IMG/VR virus record: IMGVR_UViG_3300025400_000022
Location: 1-56,895 of that record
Source of the DNA: a virus
Lineage: Duplodnaviria; Caudoviricetes
Strand: one strand, 5' to 3'
DNA: 56,895 bases
Part shown: positions 1-7,299 of the stretch, piece by piece
Numbering within the stretch: the first letter of the stretch is position 1
Layout of the letters: every line of letters begins with the position of its first letter
The notes under the pieces: model-generated
Told to the model about the DNA's origin: nothing
Databases searched by the model: none
Seen by the model: the letters and a program-made list of their open reading frames with translations, nothing else
Translations under genes and position numbers: made by a program

Positions 1-231
1 ATCTACGTTCTGATGGACGATGAACAAGTGGATAAAATGGTCGGCTACCAGTACGAACACGTCATCACACTGGACAGCGCCAGCGAGTACGAGATGCTTT
101 GCGCGGTTGAGGAATGGTTTGAGGAGTCTTGCAGTCTGCGCTTCGTTCAGTCTGTCAGGAGCGCACTAGAGGGTGAAGACCCTAACAAGGGTTTCACCGT
201 TCTGATTGAACAGGGTTTCGGGGAAGACTAG
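1..231 (+). CDS. Hypothetical acidic early protein (5' partial)
   Basis: Frame 1 is open from base 1 (IYVLMDDEQ...) to TAG at 229-231, followed by GC-rich hairpins. Confidence 0.7.
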   Translation: MYVLMDDEQVDKMVGYQYEHVITLDSASEYEMLCAVEEWFEESCSLRFVQSVRSALEGEDPNKGFTVLIEQGFGED

Positions 232-327
232 GGGAGTGGGGTGGCTATCACAGCACCCCCTCACTGATACGCCGAGGGGGTGGGGTCACTTGACCCCGCC
301 CCCTTGAGGTATCCCCACTCTCTTTTT
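232..327 (+). terminator. Compound hairpin / intrinsic terminator
   Basis: Long stem gatac..gagggggtggggtca / tgaccccgcccccttg..gtatc (266-313); gagtgggg (234-241) is also complementary to ccccactc (313-320); then tcttttt. Confidence 0.6.
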
Positions 328-389
328 CGCGTGTGTGCACCCGTACGCGAATCGCGTGCAGGAATCGCGTATGCGAATCGCGTGCACGA
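327..389. repeat. TCGCGT/ACGCGA block, copy 1
   Basis: TCGCGT-gtgtgcacccgt-ACGCGA-A-TCGCGT..ATCGCGT..ATCGCGT. Confidence 0.9.
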
Positions 390-427
390 GATGACAATGG
401 CAATTTTACAAATAAAGTTGGGGAAAA

Positions 428-456
428 ATTATACCATAACGTCGGCCACAAGTCAA
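428..456 (-). promoter_or_regulatory. Antisense sigma70/SigA-type promoter
   Basis: Minus strand TTGACT-17 bp-TATAAT with TG extension; points into the CGCG block. Confidence 0.85.
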
Positions 457-467
457 GTCAATTCTAC

Positions 468-482
468 AGATAATGCCTATCT
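468..482. promoter_or_regulatory. Palindromic site AGATA-N5-TATCT, copy 1
   Basis: agata-atgcc-tatct between divergent -35 boxes; recurs at 1058, 1782, 2516. Confidence 0.75.
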
Positions 483-503
483 CAAAAAAAGATTGAAACC
501 GGC

Positions 504-532
504 TTGACTTTCTTCCCTGCACCTGCCATAAT
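504..532 (+). promoter_or_regulatory. Sigma70/SigA-type promoter
   Basis: TTGACT-17 bp-CATAAT with TG extension; followed by hairpin gggg-aaaag-cccc and RBS aaaggag. Confidence 0.85.
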
Positions 533-569
533 GGATACGTCGGGGAAAAGCCCCAACAAAGGAGATGAG

Positions 570-1001
570 ATGACCTACACCTACGAAACGCCTAAGGGCG
601 GAGTGTTCGAGAGCAACTATGCCCTCACAAAAGAACGTAGCGCCGACATTTGGTTCTGCGAAGGCGGTGGCATTGTAAACGCAATTGGAGACTACTACTA
701 TGGCAACGGTCGGGTGACTATCTACTGCTTGGGGGAGATGCGCCTAAACTTGGCAGACGGAACAGTCTGGCGAAGTGCTTGGGACTTGCCTAGCAACATC
801 ACTAACGACGAAGAACTAATGAACGTGTGGAGCGCCCCCGAAAACGACGTGGTGAACAACTGTTGGATAGAACTGTTCGACACCAGCGAGGGACAAGACG
901 TTGAGAACGAAGAGACCTACATCATTTGCGGGGACATTTGGGAAGCAATAGACGAAGCCCACGCCTACCTAGTGGCCACCTATCCAGAAGTTGAAGGGTA
1001 G
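570..1001 (+). CDS. Hypothetical acidic early protein
   Basis: ATG 570 after AAAGGAG; the ORF-track start at 504 is the promoter -35 box. Confidence 0.8.
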   Translation: MTYTYETPKGGVFESNYALTKERSADIWFCEGGGIVNAIGDYYYGNGRVTIYCLGEMRLNLADGTVWRSAWDLPSNITNDEELMNVWSAPENDVVNNCWIELFDTSEGQDVENEETYIICGDIWEAIDEAHAYLVATYPEVEG

Positions 1002-1012
1002 GTGGTGCAGGG

Positions 1013-1034
1013 TTCGCGTATACACACACGCGAA
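1013..1034. repeat. TCGCGT/ACGCGA block, copy 2 (single unit)
   Basis: tTCGCGT-atacacac-ACGCGAa. Confidence 0.85.
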
Positions 1035-1057
1035 GAATCTCGAGGTATCTAGAAAAA

Positions 1058-1112
1058 AGATAGGGGGTATCTACGAAAGTGATTTGACTTTTTTCCCTGC
1101 ACCTGTCATAAT
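1058..1112 (+). promoter_or_regulatory. AGATA-N5-TATCT site plus sigma70-type promoter
   Basis: Palindrome 1058-1072; TTGACT 1084-1089, 17 bp, CATAAT 1107-1112; nearly identical to the promoter at 504. Confidence 0.85.
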
Positions 1113-1152
1113 GGATACATACCGAAAAGCGGTATAACGAAAAGGAGAAACA

Positions 1153-1611
1153 ATGACCACAACCACTTACCCTGCTAAGGGAGTAATCACCTCTAGTTGC
1201 ACCTGCTACTACTGCCCTAGTTGCGAGATGACTTTCACGGACGACACCTATCCCGAAAACTGCGACTGCGGGACACCCTGCACACCTGCCTATGAGTCTT
1301 GCTCCGGCGAGTGCTGGGACTTCGCAACCGAAGACTTTGCCTACAACGCTTTTACTCCGTGGTGCTTGGCGAACGAGACCGACGAGTTCGCTATCTATGG
1401 TCGGCGTATGGGTTGGACTAACGGTAGCGGACACACGGGACGACTGACCGCGTTCAGGGAATTGCTGAACAACCTGACCCTGAACGGGGACTTCATTCTT
1501 CGCTGGGAGTTGAGCGAAGACAACAAGACCCTGACCGTCATTCGCTCTAGCCACGACGAAATGGGTGCGATGTTTGAGGTAGTGCCGTGGAATGAGGGAG
1601 ACGACGAGTAG
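1153..1611 (+). CDS. Hypothetical protein with Cys-rich (possible Zn-binding) N-terminus
   Basis: RBS AAAGGAG; CTCYYCPSC...CDCGTPC...CSGEC. Confidence 0.8.
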   Translation: MTTTTYPAKGVITSSCTCYYCPSCEMTFTDDTYPENCDCGTPCTPAYESCSGECWDFATEDFAYNAFTPWCLANETDEFAIYGRRMGWTNGSGHTGRLTAFRELLNNLTLNGDFILRWELSEDNKTLTVIRSSHDEMGAMFEVVPWNEGDDE

Positions 1612-1615
1612 GAGT

Positions 1616-1638
1616 AGGGTGGGGGGCGACCCCCACCT
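1616..1638 (+). terminator. GC-rich hairpin after ORF
   Basis: ggtggggg-gcga-cccccacc. Confidence 0.55.
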
Positions 1639-1650
1639 GAAACACCCCCT

Positions 1651-1714
1651 TCGCGTATGCCCGCATACACGCGAATCGCGTATCGCGTACACATACACGC
1701 GAACACGCACGCGA
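1651..1714. repeat. TCGCGT/ACGCGA block, copy 3
   Basis: Three TCGCGT and three ACGCGA separated by alternating purine-pyrimidine spacers. Confidence 0.9.
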
Positions 1715-1741
1715 GGAGATTTTACAAATAAAGTTGGGGAG

Positions 1742-1770
1742 ATTTTAGCACACGGGGCCACAAAAGTCAA
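1742..1770 (-). promoter_or_regulatory. Antisense sigma70-type promoter
   Basis: Minus strand TTGACT-17 bp-TAAAAT with TG extension. Confidence 0.8.
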
Positions 1771-1780
1771 GCATCAAAAG

Positions 1781-1846
1781 GAGATAGCCCCTATCTCAAA
1801 AATAGTTGGAAAACGATTTGACTTTTGCCCCGACCTATGGCATACT
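1781..1846 (+). promoter_or_regulatory. GAGATAG-N3-CTATCTC site plus sigma70-type promoter
   Basis: Palindrome 1781-1797; TTGACT 1818-1823, 17 bp, CATACT 1841-1846. Confidence 0.85.
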
Positions 1847-1894
1847 AGTTAGGTCGAGGAAACGCCGAGACAAACTACCGAAAGGATTACAACA

Positions 1895-2335
1895 ATGGAA
1901 CACGTCACTTACGGCACTGAGGTTGCCTCCGAGTTCACGCCCACTACCACCGCCGAGTTGGCGTTGGAAAACCGTGAGCGTGCAGTTGGGGTCAAGGAGC
2001 GTGCCATCACCGCTAAGGAGAATGACCTCTCCGAGCGTGAAGCATACCTCTCAAATGTCAAGGGTCAGATTATTGAGTTGGCTAAGTCCCTGATGGGTGA
2101 TGACGTTATTGTCGTTCAGCGTGAAGACTTTGATACTTTGGTTGATTTGGTGGAGACGGCTATCTCTAACTCCGAGGATAGCAAGGCGGCTATTGAAGAT
2201 TTGCAGTCTGAAATCTATGACCTGAAGCGGAACGCCGACAGCGTTGAGAGTAGCGCCGAAGATGCAAGTAGCAACCTTGAGAGTTCGCTTGCGGACTTGG
2301 AGAACGCCCTAGACAACCTGAAGGGTCTCGCTTAG
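1895..2335 (+). CDS. Acidic coiled-coil protein
   Basis: RBS GAAAGGA; heptad-like E/D/L/A/S-rich sequence. Confidence 0.8.
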   Translation: MEHVTYGTEVASEFTPTTTAELALENRERAVGVKERAITAKENDLSEREAYLSNVKGQIIELAKSLMGDDVIVVQREDFDTLVDLVETAISNSEDSKAAIEDLQSEIYDLKRNADSVESSAEDASSNLESSLADLENALDNLKGLA

Positions 2336-2336
2336 G

Positions 2337-2384
2337 CAACGGGTAGGGGGTTGGGCGCAAGCCCGACCCCCGATAACCCCGTTG
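2337..2384 (+). terminator. Nested hairpin with GCAA tetraloop
   Basis: caacggg..gggggttgggc-gcaa-gcccgaccccc..cccgttg. Confidence 0.6.
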
Positions 2385-2392
2385 GGGGCATT

Positions 2393-2441
2393 TCGCGTAT
2401 GTAGGCACGCGATTCGCGTATCGCGTACGTATGCACGCGAA
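2393..2441. repeat. TCGCGT/ACGCGA block, copy 4
   Basis: TCGCGT-atgtaggc-ACGCGA-T-TCGCGT-A-TCGCGT-acgtatgc-ACGCGA. Confidence 0.9.
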
Positions 2442-2475
2442 GCGACCCGAGGATTTTTAGAAAACGTATGGGGAA

Positions 2476-2504
2476 ATTATACCATAGGCCACACCAAAAG
2501 TCAA
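2476..2504 (-). promoter_or_regulatory. Antisense sigma70-type promoter
   Basis: Minus strand TTGACT-17 bp-TATAAT with TG extension. Confidence 0.85.
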
Positions 2505-2515
2505 GTATCAAAGGC

Positions 2516-2580
2516 AGATAGTCCCTATCTAAAAAAAAGATGCGTTTTGACTTGACAGCGACGCCGAGACCTGTCATAAT
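2516..2580 (+). promoter_or_regulatory. AGATA-N5-TATCT site plus ardC promoter
   Basis: Palindrome 2516-2530; TTGACA 2552-2557, 17 bp, CATAAT 2575-2580. Confidence 0.85.
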
Positions 2581-2625
2581 GGATACGTTCCGAAATGCGG
2601 AGCAACTAATCAAAGGAGCAAGCAA

Positions 2626-3516
2626 ATGAGCAAGACCGCTTACGAGGTAGTCGCCCAGACTATCATCAAGCAACTGGAAAACAACGTCGCACCGTGGCGC
2701 AAGGAATGGATAGCCTACGGATACAAGCCTAAGTCAATGAGCAGTGGCAAGACCTACAAGGGTATGAACTTTATGCTCTTGATGTTTGAGGCTATGGACA
2801 AGGGCTACGAAAGCCCGTGGTGGGGAACGTTCAAGCAGATTACCGAGCGTGGAGGCGTGGTCACGAAGGGCGAGAGGGGCACTCCCGTAGTCCTGTGGAA
2901 GCAGTTTGAGACCGAAAACGCTGACGGGGACAAGAAGAAGGCGGTGGTGATGCGCTACTTCACCGTGTTCAACGCCCAGCAAGCGACGTGGGAAGACGGG
3001 AAAGCGCCAGCCTACGATAAGCCCGTTGCCCGTGATGCCGTTGCAGTCATTGAGGGGGCGCAGAGCATTATGGACAACTACTTCGCCCGTGACAATGCAC
3101 CGAGCCTAGCCTTTGGTGGAAACCGAGCCTACTACTCACCTAGTCGAGACGGTATCCAACTTCCCCAGCAGTCCAACTTCGTGAGCGATAGTTCGTTCTA
3201 TGCAACGGCGTTTCACGAGATGGGTCACTCAACCGGTCACAAGTCACGCCTAAACCGTGACGGCGTCGTGGAAAACCACTACTTCGGTAGCGAACTCTAC
3301 AGCGAAGAGGAATTGGTGGCAGAGTTCACGAGTGCGTTTTTGTGCAGTGAAACCGGTGTTTTGCCCGAGACACTGGACAACAGCACCGCTTACATCAAGT
3401 CTTGGCTGAAGGTTCTGAAGAACGACCCGAAGATGCTAGTAAAGGCAGTGGGTCGGGCGCAGAAGGCTACGAACTTCATCACCGGCGCAGAGACGGAGAC
3501 GGTGGAAGCCGAGTAG
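2626..3516 (+). CDS. ardC: ArdC-family antirestriction protein (ssDNA-binding N-domain plus zincin-like domain)
   Basis: PWRKEW, Y.G.N..LL, WGTFKQ...GG.V.KGE.G, FTVFN.QQ, AYYSPS.D.I.LP, HEMGHSTGH.SRLNR, Y..EELVAE, YI.SW.K.LK.D. Confidence 0.92.
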   Translation: MSKTAYEVVAQTIIKQLENNVAPWRKEWIAYGYKPKSMSSGKTYKGMNFMLLMFEAMDKGYESPWWGTFKQITERGGVVTKGERGTPVVLWKQFETENADGDKKKAVVMRYFTVFNAQQATWEDGKAPAYDKPVARDAVAVIEGAQSIMDNYFARDNAPSLAFGGNRAYYSPSRDGIQLPQQSNFVSDSSFYATAFHEMGHSTGHKSRLNRDGVVENHYFGSELYSEEELVAEFTSAFLCSETGVLPETLDNSTAYIKSWLKVLKNDPKMLVKAVGRAQKATNFITGAETETVEAE

Positions 3517-3567
3517 TGGCAGGGGGTCGGGGCGAACGTGTGTTCGCTCCGGCTCCGCCATTTTTTT
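3517..3567 (+). terminator. Intrinsic terminator
   Basis: Long GC stem around gaac-gtgt-gttc followed by T7. Confidence 0.75.
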
Positions 3568-3622
3568 CGCGTGCGTGTATACGCGAATCGCGTAGGCGCG
3601 GGTACGCGAATCGCGTACGCGA
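3567..3622. repeat. TCGCGT/ACGCGA block, copy 5
   Basis: Three TCGCGT..ACGCGA units joined by single A. Confidence 0.9.
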
Positions 3623-3698
3623 GAGGATTTCTAAAGAAACTACGGGCGAAAGTAGCCAGTTTTTGAGAAAAAGATGGGGAAAAATTATCGCACGACTA

Positions 3699-3727
3699 AT
3701 TATAGCGTATGCGTGAGTGAAAGTCAA
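3699..3727 (-). promoter_or_regulatory. Antisense sigma70-type promoter
   Basis: Minus strand TTGACT-17 bp-TATAAT. Confidence 0.85.
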
Positions 3728-3786
3728 GAATAATTACGTGTCATACTGTAAGCCCCTCAGACGGGTTATTTATGGGAAGGTATCAG

Positions 3787-4077
3787 ATGACACAGAACTT
3801 GTATTTCGTGACGGCAGACGGGCTTATAGGCATCGCTGACGGGCTTTTGCTTGTGCGCAGTGACGAGGTGACTTGGACAGAGTTGCAGGAAGCCGTAGAG
3901 AAGCCTAATCCGAAGTCGCAGGTTATGCGACTGCTACAGCGTGACAAGGGTATTCGCCCAGACGCAGTTGCACTAACTAAGGCCACAGCGTTCACCACAC
4001 CAGAGGCGGCGCAGGAGTTCCGAGAAGACCTTGAAGAAAAAGGTTGGACTTGGCTTGACAAGGACACAAACCCCTGA
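3787..4077 (+). CDS. Hypothetical protein
   Basis: ATG after GGAAGG; upstream extended -10 TGTCATACT at 3739-3747. Confidence 0.7.
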   Translation: MTQNLYFVTADGLIGIADGLLLVRSDEVTWTELQEAVEKPNPKSQVMRLLQRDKGIRPDAVALTKATAFTTPEAAQEFREDLEEKGWTWLDKDTNP

Positions 4078-4083
4078 TACAAT
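4055..4083 (+). promoter_or_regulatory. Sigma70-type promoter
   Basis: TTGACA-17 bp-TACAAT; followed by AAAAG-loop hairpin 4088-4110. Confidence 0.85.
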
Positions 4084-4128
4084 GGTTGAGTACCGGAAAA
4101 GCCGGTGCTTTTATCAGAAGGGATTACC

Positions 4129-4515
4129 GTGGGAGACCGTGGAAACATCAAGTTAGTTAGTGAATACGGACAGCCGATTTACTTTTACACTCATTGGACT
4201 GCTTACCGACTGCCCGAAATTGTGGCGCAGGGGCTGGACAAGGGGCGTGACCGGTGGGGCGATGAGGACTACCTCAATCGTATCATCTTTCAGACGCTCC
4301 TCGGAGGCGACGAGAGCAACCTTTCTTACGGCATCAGTACCCGTGAGGCTGGCGACGCTTGGCGCTTGGTAGAAGTAGACCACGTAAAGGAAGAAGTTTC
4401 TATCTATGAGCGTGTCTACAGCGAAGACTTTGCGGACAGTCACTGGCGACCCGTCTATGAGCCTAAGTCGTTTCACGAGTTTGTCCTTGACTTTCTCCCC
4501 GTGGTAGCGGTATGA
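4129..4515 (+). CDS. Hypothetical phage protein (MGDRGNI..FYTHW)
   Basis: GTG after GAAGGGA, in frame with ORF-track 4105..4515. Confidence 0.8.
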   Translation: MGDRGNIKLVSEYGQPIYFYTHWTAYRLPEIVAQGLDKGRDRWGDEDYLNRIIFQTLLGGDESNLSYGISTREAGDAWRLVEVDHVKEEVSIYERVYSEDFADSHWRPVYEPKSFHEFVLDFLPVVAV

Positions 4516-4784
4516 TGAAGTTCGAGGATTGGTGGAACCAGTATCAGCCCCTAGATAATCATTTCCAATCTAGGGCATACTACTTTGTCAAGATGTTCGA
4601 GACCTACGGCGAGGAACTGGAGTTTGTTCAGGGTCAGCCCGTCGAGATGGTGTGGACGGAACTGGACGACGGAACCATTGTGAACGGCTACCACATTGTG
4701 AACAGAATGGGCTACTACATCACAGTCAAGCCGTGGAGCGAGGAAACTGTGGTCGAGGACGAAGAGTTGGAAGAATTGGACTAG
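4512..4784 (+). CDS. Hypothetical acidic protein
   Basis: ATGA overlap with upstream stop; acidic C-terminal tail. Confidence 0.8.
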   Translation: MMKFEDWWNQYQPLDNHFQSRAYYFVKMFETYGEELEFVQGQPVEMVWTELDDGTIVNGYHIVNRMGYYITVKPWSEETVVEDEELEELD

Positions 4785-4816
4785 GAGGTTGCCCCCGAAG
4801 TTTGGGGGCAATCTCC
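4784..4816 (+). terminator. GC-rich hairpin
   Basis: ggaggttgcccccgaa-g-tttgggggcaatctcc. Confidence 0.65.
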
Positions 4817-4821
4817 CCCTA

Positions 4822-4884
4822 TCGCGTGTGCGCATACGCGAAATCGCGTATCGCGTGGGCATGTACGCGAATCGCGTACGCGAA
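4822..4884. repeat. TCGCGT/ACGCGA block, copy 6
   Basis: Four TCGCGT and three ACGCGA. Confidence 0.9.
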
Positions 4885-4915
4885 GAGTTTTTCAAAAAAA
4901 AATGGGGAAAATGAT

Positions 4916-4944
4916 TTGACATTGACGTCGGCGTGTGTCATACT
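4916..4944 (+). promoter_or_regulatory. Sigma70-type promoter
   Basis: TTGACA-17 bp-CATACT with TG extension; AAACG-loop hairpin 4951-4969. Confidence 0.85.
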
Positions 4945-4990
4945 GTTTGGGTCGAGAAAACGTCTCGGCAATTTACCGAAAGGATTACCA

Positions 4991-5197
4991 ATGGCGACAG
5001 CCACTAAGAAAGTTGTAAGCACCGAGGTTCAGGATACTGAAGATGACAGCCCTACGTCGTACAGCGTGACGGTAATGGTTGAGTACCGGTTTGACGTAGA
5101 TGCCGACGGCGAAGCGGAAGCGGAAGCCGAGGGCTGGCGCTACGAAGACTACAAGGGTTTTGCATCAGTATACAGCATTGACGTGGAGGAGAACTAA
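4991..5197 (+). CDS. Small very acidic protein (MATATKK...)
   Basis: ATG after GAAAGGA; likely true start inside ORF-track 4652..5197. Confidence 0.8.
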   Translation: MATATKKVVSTEVQDTEDDSPTSYSVTVMVEYRFDVDADGEAEAEAEGWRYEDYKGFASVYSIDVEEN

Positions 5198-5343
5198 TGA
5201 CCAACTACACCACTATTGAGCAGTTAGTAGAGGCGGTGCAGAAAGCACTCCCGAATTGCGACATTGACCTTGACAACGAGGGTCAGGTCATCATTTACAC
5301 CAACTATTCATTCATTGACGGCGTTCTAAAGGAGAGCGAATAA
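5197..5343 (+). CDS. Small hypothetical protein (48 aa)
   Basis: TAATG coupling at both ends; RBS GGAGGAG. Confidence 0.7.
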   Translation: MTNYTTIEQLVEAVQKALPNCDIDLDNEGQVIIYTNYSFIDGVLKESE

Positions 5344-5513
5344 TGGCAAAAATGTATGTAGGCTTTGACGGCAACTATGGTAGCGCCGAGGATTACGACC
5401 TCTTTATCTTCGACACCGAGGATTTTAGCGAGGCGCAACTGCACCTTTTTGATGAAGACCCCGCCGAGTTTTACCTACGGGCGACGAGCGACGACTGGGA
5501 GGGCTTAGAGTGA
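5343..5513 (+). CDS. Small acidic hypothetical protein (56 aa)
   Basis: TAATG coupling; RBS AAAGGAG. Confidence 0.7.
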   Translation: MAKMYVGFDGNYGSAEDYDLFIFDTEDFSEAQLHLFDEDPAEFYLRATSDDWEGLE

Positions 5514-5674
5514 GGAGCGCAACCGAGGCGTCGAGCGCCCTTATCCTATACGCCGAGCGCAAGTTTCACGGCGAGGAGACGGAAGCCAACGAACTGCTGT
5601 ATTCTTTGCTAGTAGAGATGCTACAGTGGAACGTAGCAGTCACGGACAAAGTTTTCGATTTCTTTGACCACTGA
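5510..5674 (+). CDS. Small hypothetical protein (54 aa)
   Basis: GTGA overlap; RBS GGGAGG. Confidence 0.6.
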   Translation: MRSATEASSALILYAERKFHGEETEANELLYSLLVEMLQWNVAVTDKVFDFFDH

Positions 5675-5675
5675 C

Positions 5676-5704
5676 TTGACAAAGTAAAAAACCCCTGTTA
5701 TAAT
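5676..5704 (+). promoter_or_regulatory. Consensus sigma70-type promoter
   Basis: TTGACA-17 bp-TATAAT with TG extension; AAAAG-loop hairpin 5711-5729. Confidence 0.9.
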
Positions 5705-5746
5705 AGATGAGTACCGGAAAAGCCGGTGCAGAGACAAAGGAGCATA

Positions 5747-6226
5747 ATGCACGTATTACATTTTATCGCAGTAGAGGCTGACAACGCCGAAGACGCAATC
5801 TCTCAAGTAGACATTGCTTTGACGCACGATGACAACCCCGTTTTTCCGTGGAGCGACTGGGCAGAAATCGGGGGGCGCTGGGAGGACGAGGGCGAGGTTC
5901 ACTGCTACGCAGACGACCCCACAAAGTTTGAGGACTTTTTGGAGCGTGCCCGTCTCAACCGAGTGAATGAAATCAAGTTTCTGTTGAGCAACATTGACAC
6001 CGAGGCAATCATTGAAGAAGTGCGCAACTTTGATGGCCGTGATGCCGGACGCAGTCTTGATTTTTACCATCTCCGTCAGGCTATTGCCATTGCCGAGGGC
6101 AACGGAAAGCACGATGCCTACTTCTACGACCTGAAAGAATGGTGCGAAGACTTCAAGTATCTCCGTGAGCGCATGGAAACAGACCCCACTCGTCAATTCT
6201 TAGTCTTGGTAGATTTTCACCACTAG
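5747..6226 (+). CDS. Hypothetical phage protein (W..IGGRW ... VDFH)
   Basis: ATG after AAAGGAG. Confidence 0.8.
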   Translation: MHVLHFIAVEADNAEDAISQVDIALTHDDNPVFPWSDWAEIGGRWEDEGEVHCYADDPTKFEDFLERARLNRVNEIKFLLSNIDTEAIIEEVRNFDGRDAGRSLDFYHLRQAIAIAEGNGKHDAYFYDLKEWCEDFKYLRERMETDPTRQFLVLVDFHH

Positions 6227-6229
6227 GAC

Positions 6230-6258
6230 TTGACAAAGCAAAAAACCCGTGGTACAAT
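6230..6258 (+). promoter_or_regulatory. Sigma70-type promoter
   Basis: TTGACA-17 bp-TACAAT with TG extension; AAAAG-loop hairpin 6262-6284. Confidence 0.88.
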
Positions 6259-6303
6259 GGTTCATCACCGAAAAGCGGTGGTGACAGACAGAAAGGATAC
6301 AAA

Positions 6304-6522
6304 ATGGGAGAGCACCACGTTTACTTCGTAAGCATTACTTGCGACCACATGGTTCTAAACACTGTTGTCTACTACGACAGAACGCCCGACGACGACCGGC
6401 TGGAAGCGGACATTGAAGACGTTCTGCTGGAACTTGCATCACGAAAGATTTTTCAAGAATACGGTTTCAACCCCTACAACTGGGCTATTGACACCGACTA
6501 CACCTACGGAGGAGAACAATAA
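6304..6522 (+). CDS. Hypothetical protein
   Basis: RBS AGAAAGGA. Confidence 0.75.
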   Translation: MGEHHVYFVSITCDHMVLNTVVYYDRTPDDDRLEADIEDVLLELASRKIFQEYGFNPYNWAIDTDYTYGGEQ

Positions 6523-6689
6523 TGACTGTAAACTATGACACCGACGGGACGCCATACATGGAGGTCTCTTACACCTACACCGTAAGCGTTATCGCTGAAA
6601 ACGCTGATGAGGCGCTGATGTACGCTGACGGGCTTTTCAACGACCAGACGGGCGCAAACCCCAATGACTTTCACGTGGAGGTGCTGTAA
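6522..6689 (+). CDS. Small acidic hypothetical protein (55 aa)
   Basis: TAATG coupling at both ends; RBS GGAGGAG. Confidence 0.7.
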   Translation: MTVNYDTDGTPYMEVSYTYTVSVIAENADEALMYADGLFNDQTGANPNDFHVEVL

Positions 6690-6913
6690 TGAGTACCTAC
6701 ACGCACTATTTTGTGGTGGGCTACCACAAAGACCGTGGGTTCTTTTGCGACACCGACGTCTTGGAAGCACATTTTCCTGACGGCTGTATCTGGGATGAAG
6801 ACCTACAAGAGTATCTTCGTATCCCTGACCAGGGATTTAGGGAATACGACGCCGACCTTTATTCGGCGCTACTGCATTACATCCGCAAACTAAACGAAGA
6901 AGGAGGCTACTAA
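6689..6913 (+). CDS. Hypothetical protein
   Basis: TAATG coupling; RBS GGAGG. Confidence 0.75.
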   Translation: MSTYTHYFVVGYHKDRGFFCDTDVLEAHFPDGCIWDEDLQEYLRIPDQGFREYDADLYSALLHYIRKLNEEGGY

Positions 6914-7110
6914 TGAGTAAGTGGATTATCAAGGACTGGGCGGGCAACCGACTGTGGACAGAGTTCGGGAGCGACGACCCGAACCTATCGTTCAACAGTT
7001 TTGAGGAAGCGTGGGACTTTATCTACGTCGCAAAGCCCGAACCAGAAGAAGACAGCCCAGACTGGGTTGATGGCTGGTACGACGACTACTTCGTGGAGGA
7101 GTCAGAATGA
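6913..7110 (+). CDS. Small acidic, Trp-rich hypothetical protein
   Basis: TAATG coupling; RBS AGGAGG. Confidence 0.75.
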   Translation: MSKWIIKDWAGNRLWTEFGSDDPNLSFNSFEEAWDFIYVAKPEPEEDSPDWVDGWYDDYFVEESE

Positions 7111-7166
7111 TGAGCGACGGCTCAGAGTTTGTAGGTGTTTGTGACCTGTGTGACGAATACTTCTAA

Positions 7167-7278
7167 GTAGTGCCCTAGTCTCGGCTAGGTAGTCTATCCA
7201 AAACCCCCTGTAGTGCCCCTGTATTGCCCTGTAGTGCCCGTATTATCCAAACCGGATAGACTGCCTAGCCAGTGCCCC
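7167..7278 (+). repeat. 17-bp inverted repeat enclosing tandem (GT)AGTGCCC repeats
   Basis: ggctaggtagtctatcc 7183-7199 / ggatagactgcctagcc 7254-7270; AGTGCCC at 7169, 7212, 7233, 7271 and ATTGCCC at 7223. Confidence 0.8.
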
Positions 7279-7299
7279 AAAATGTCTCAAATCAAAGCC

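Noticed and set aside
232-4816. Early-region hairpins as integron attC sites
   Set aside because: No consistent RYYYAAC/GTTRRRY ends, the genes have their own promoters, and no integrase is present in the window.
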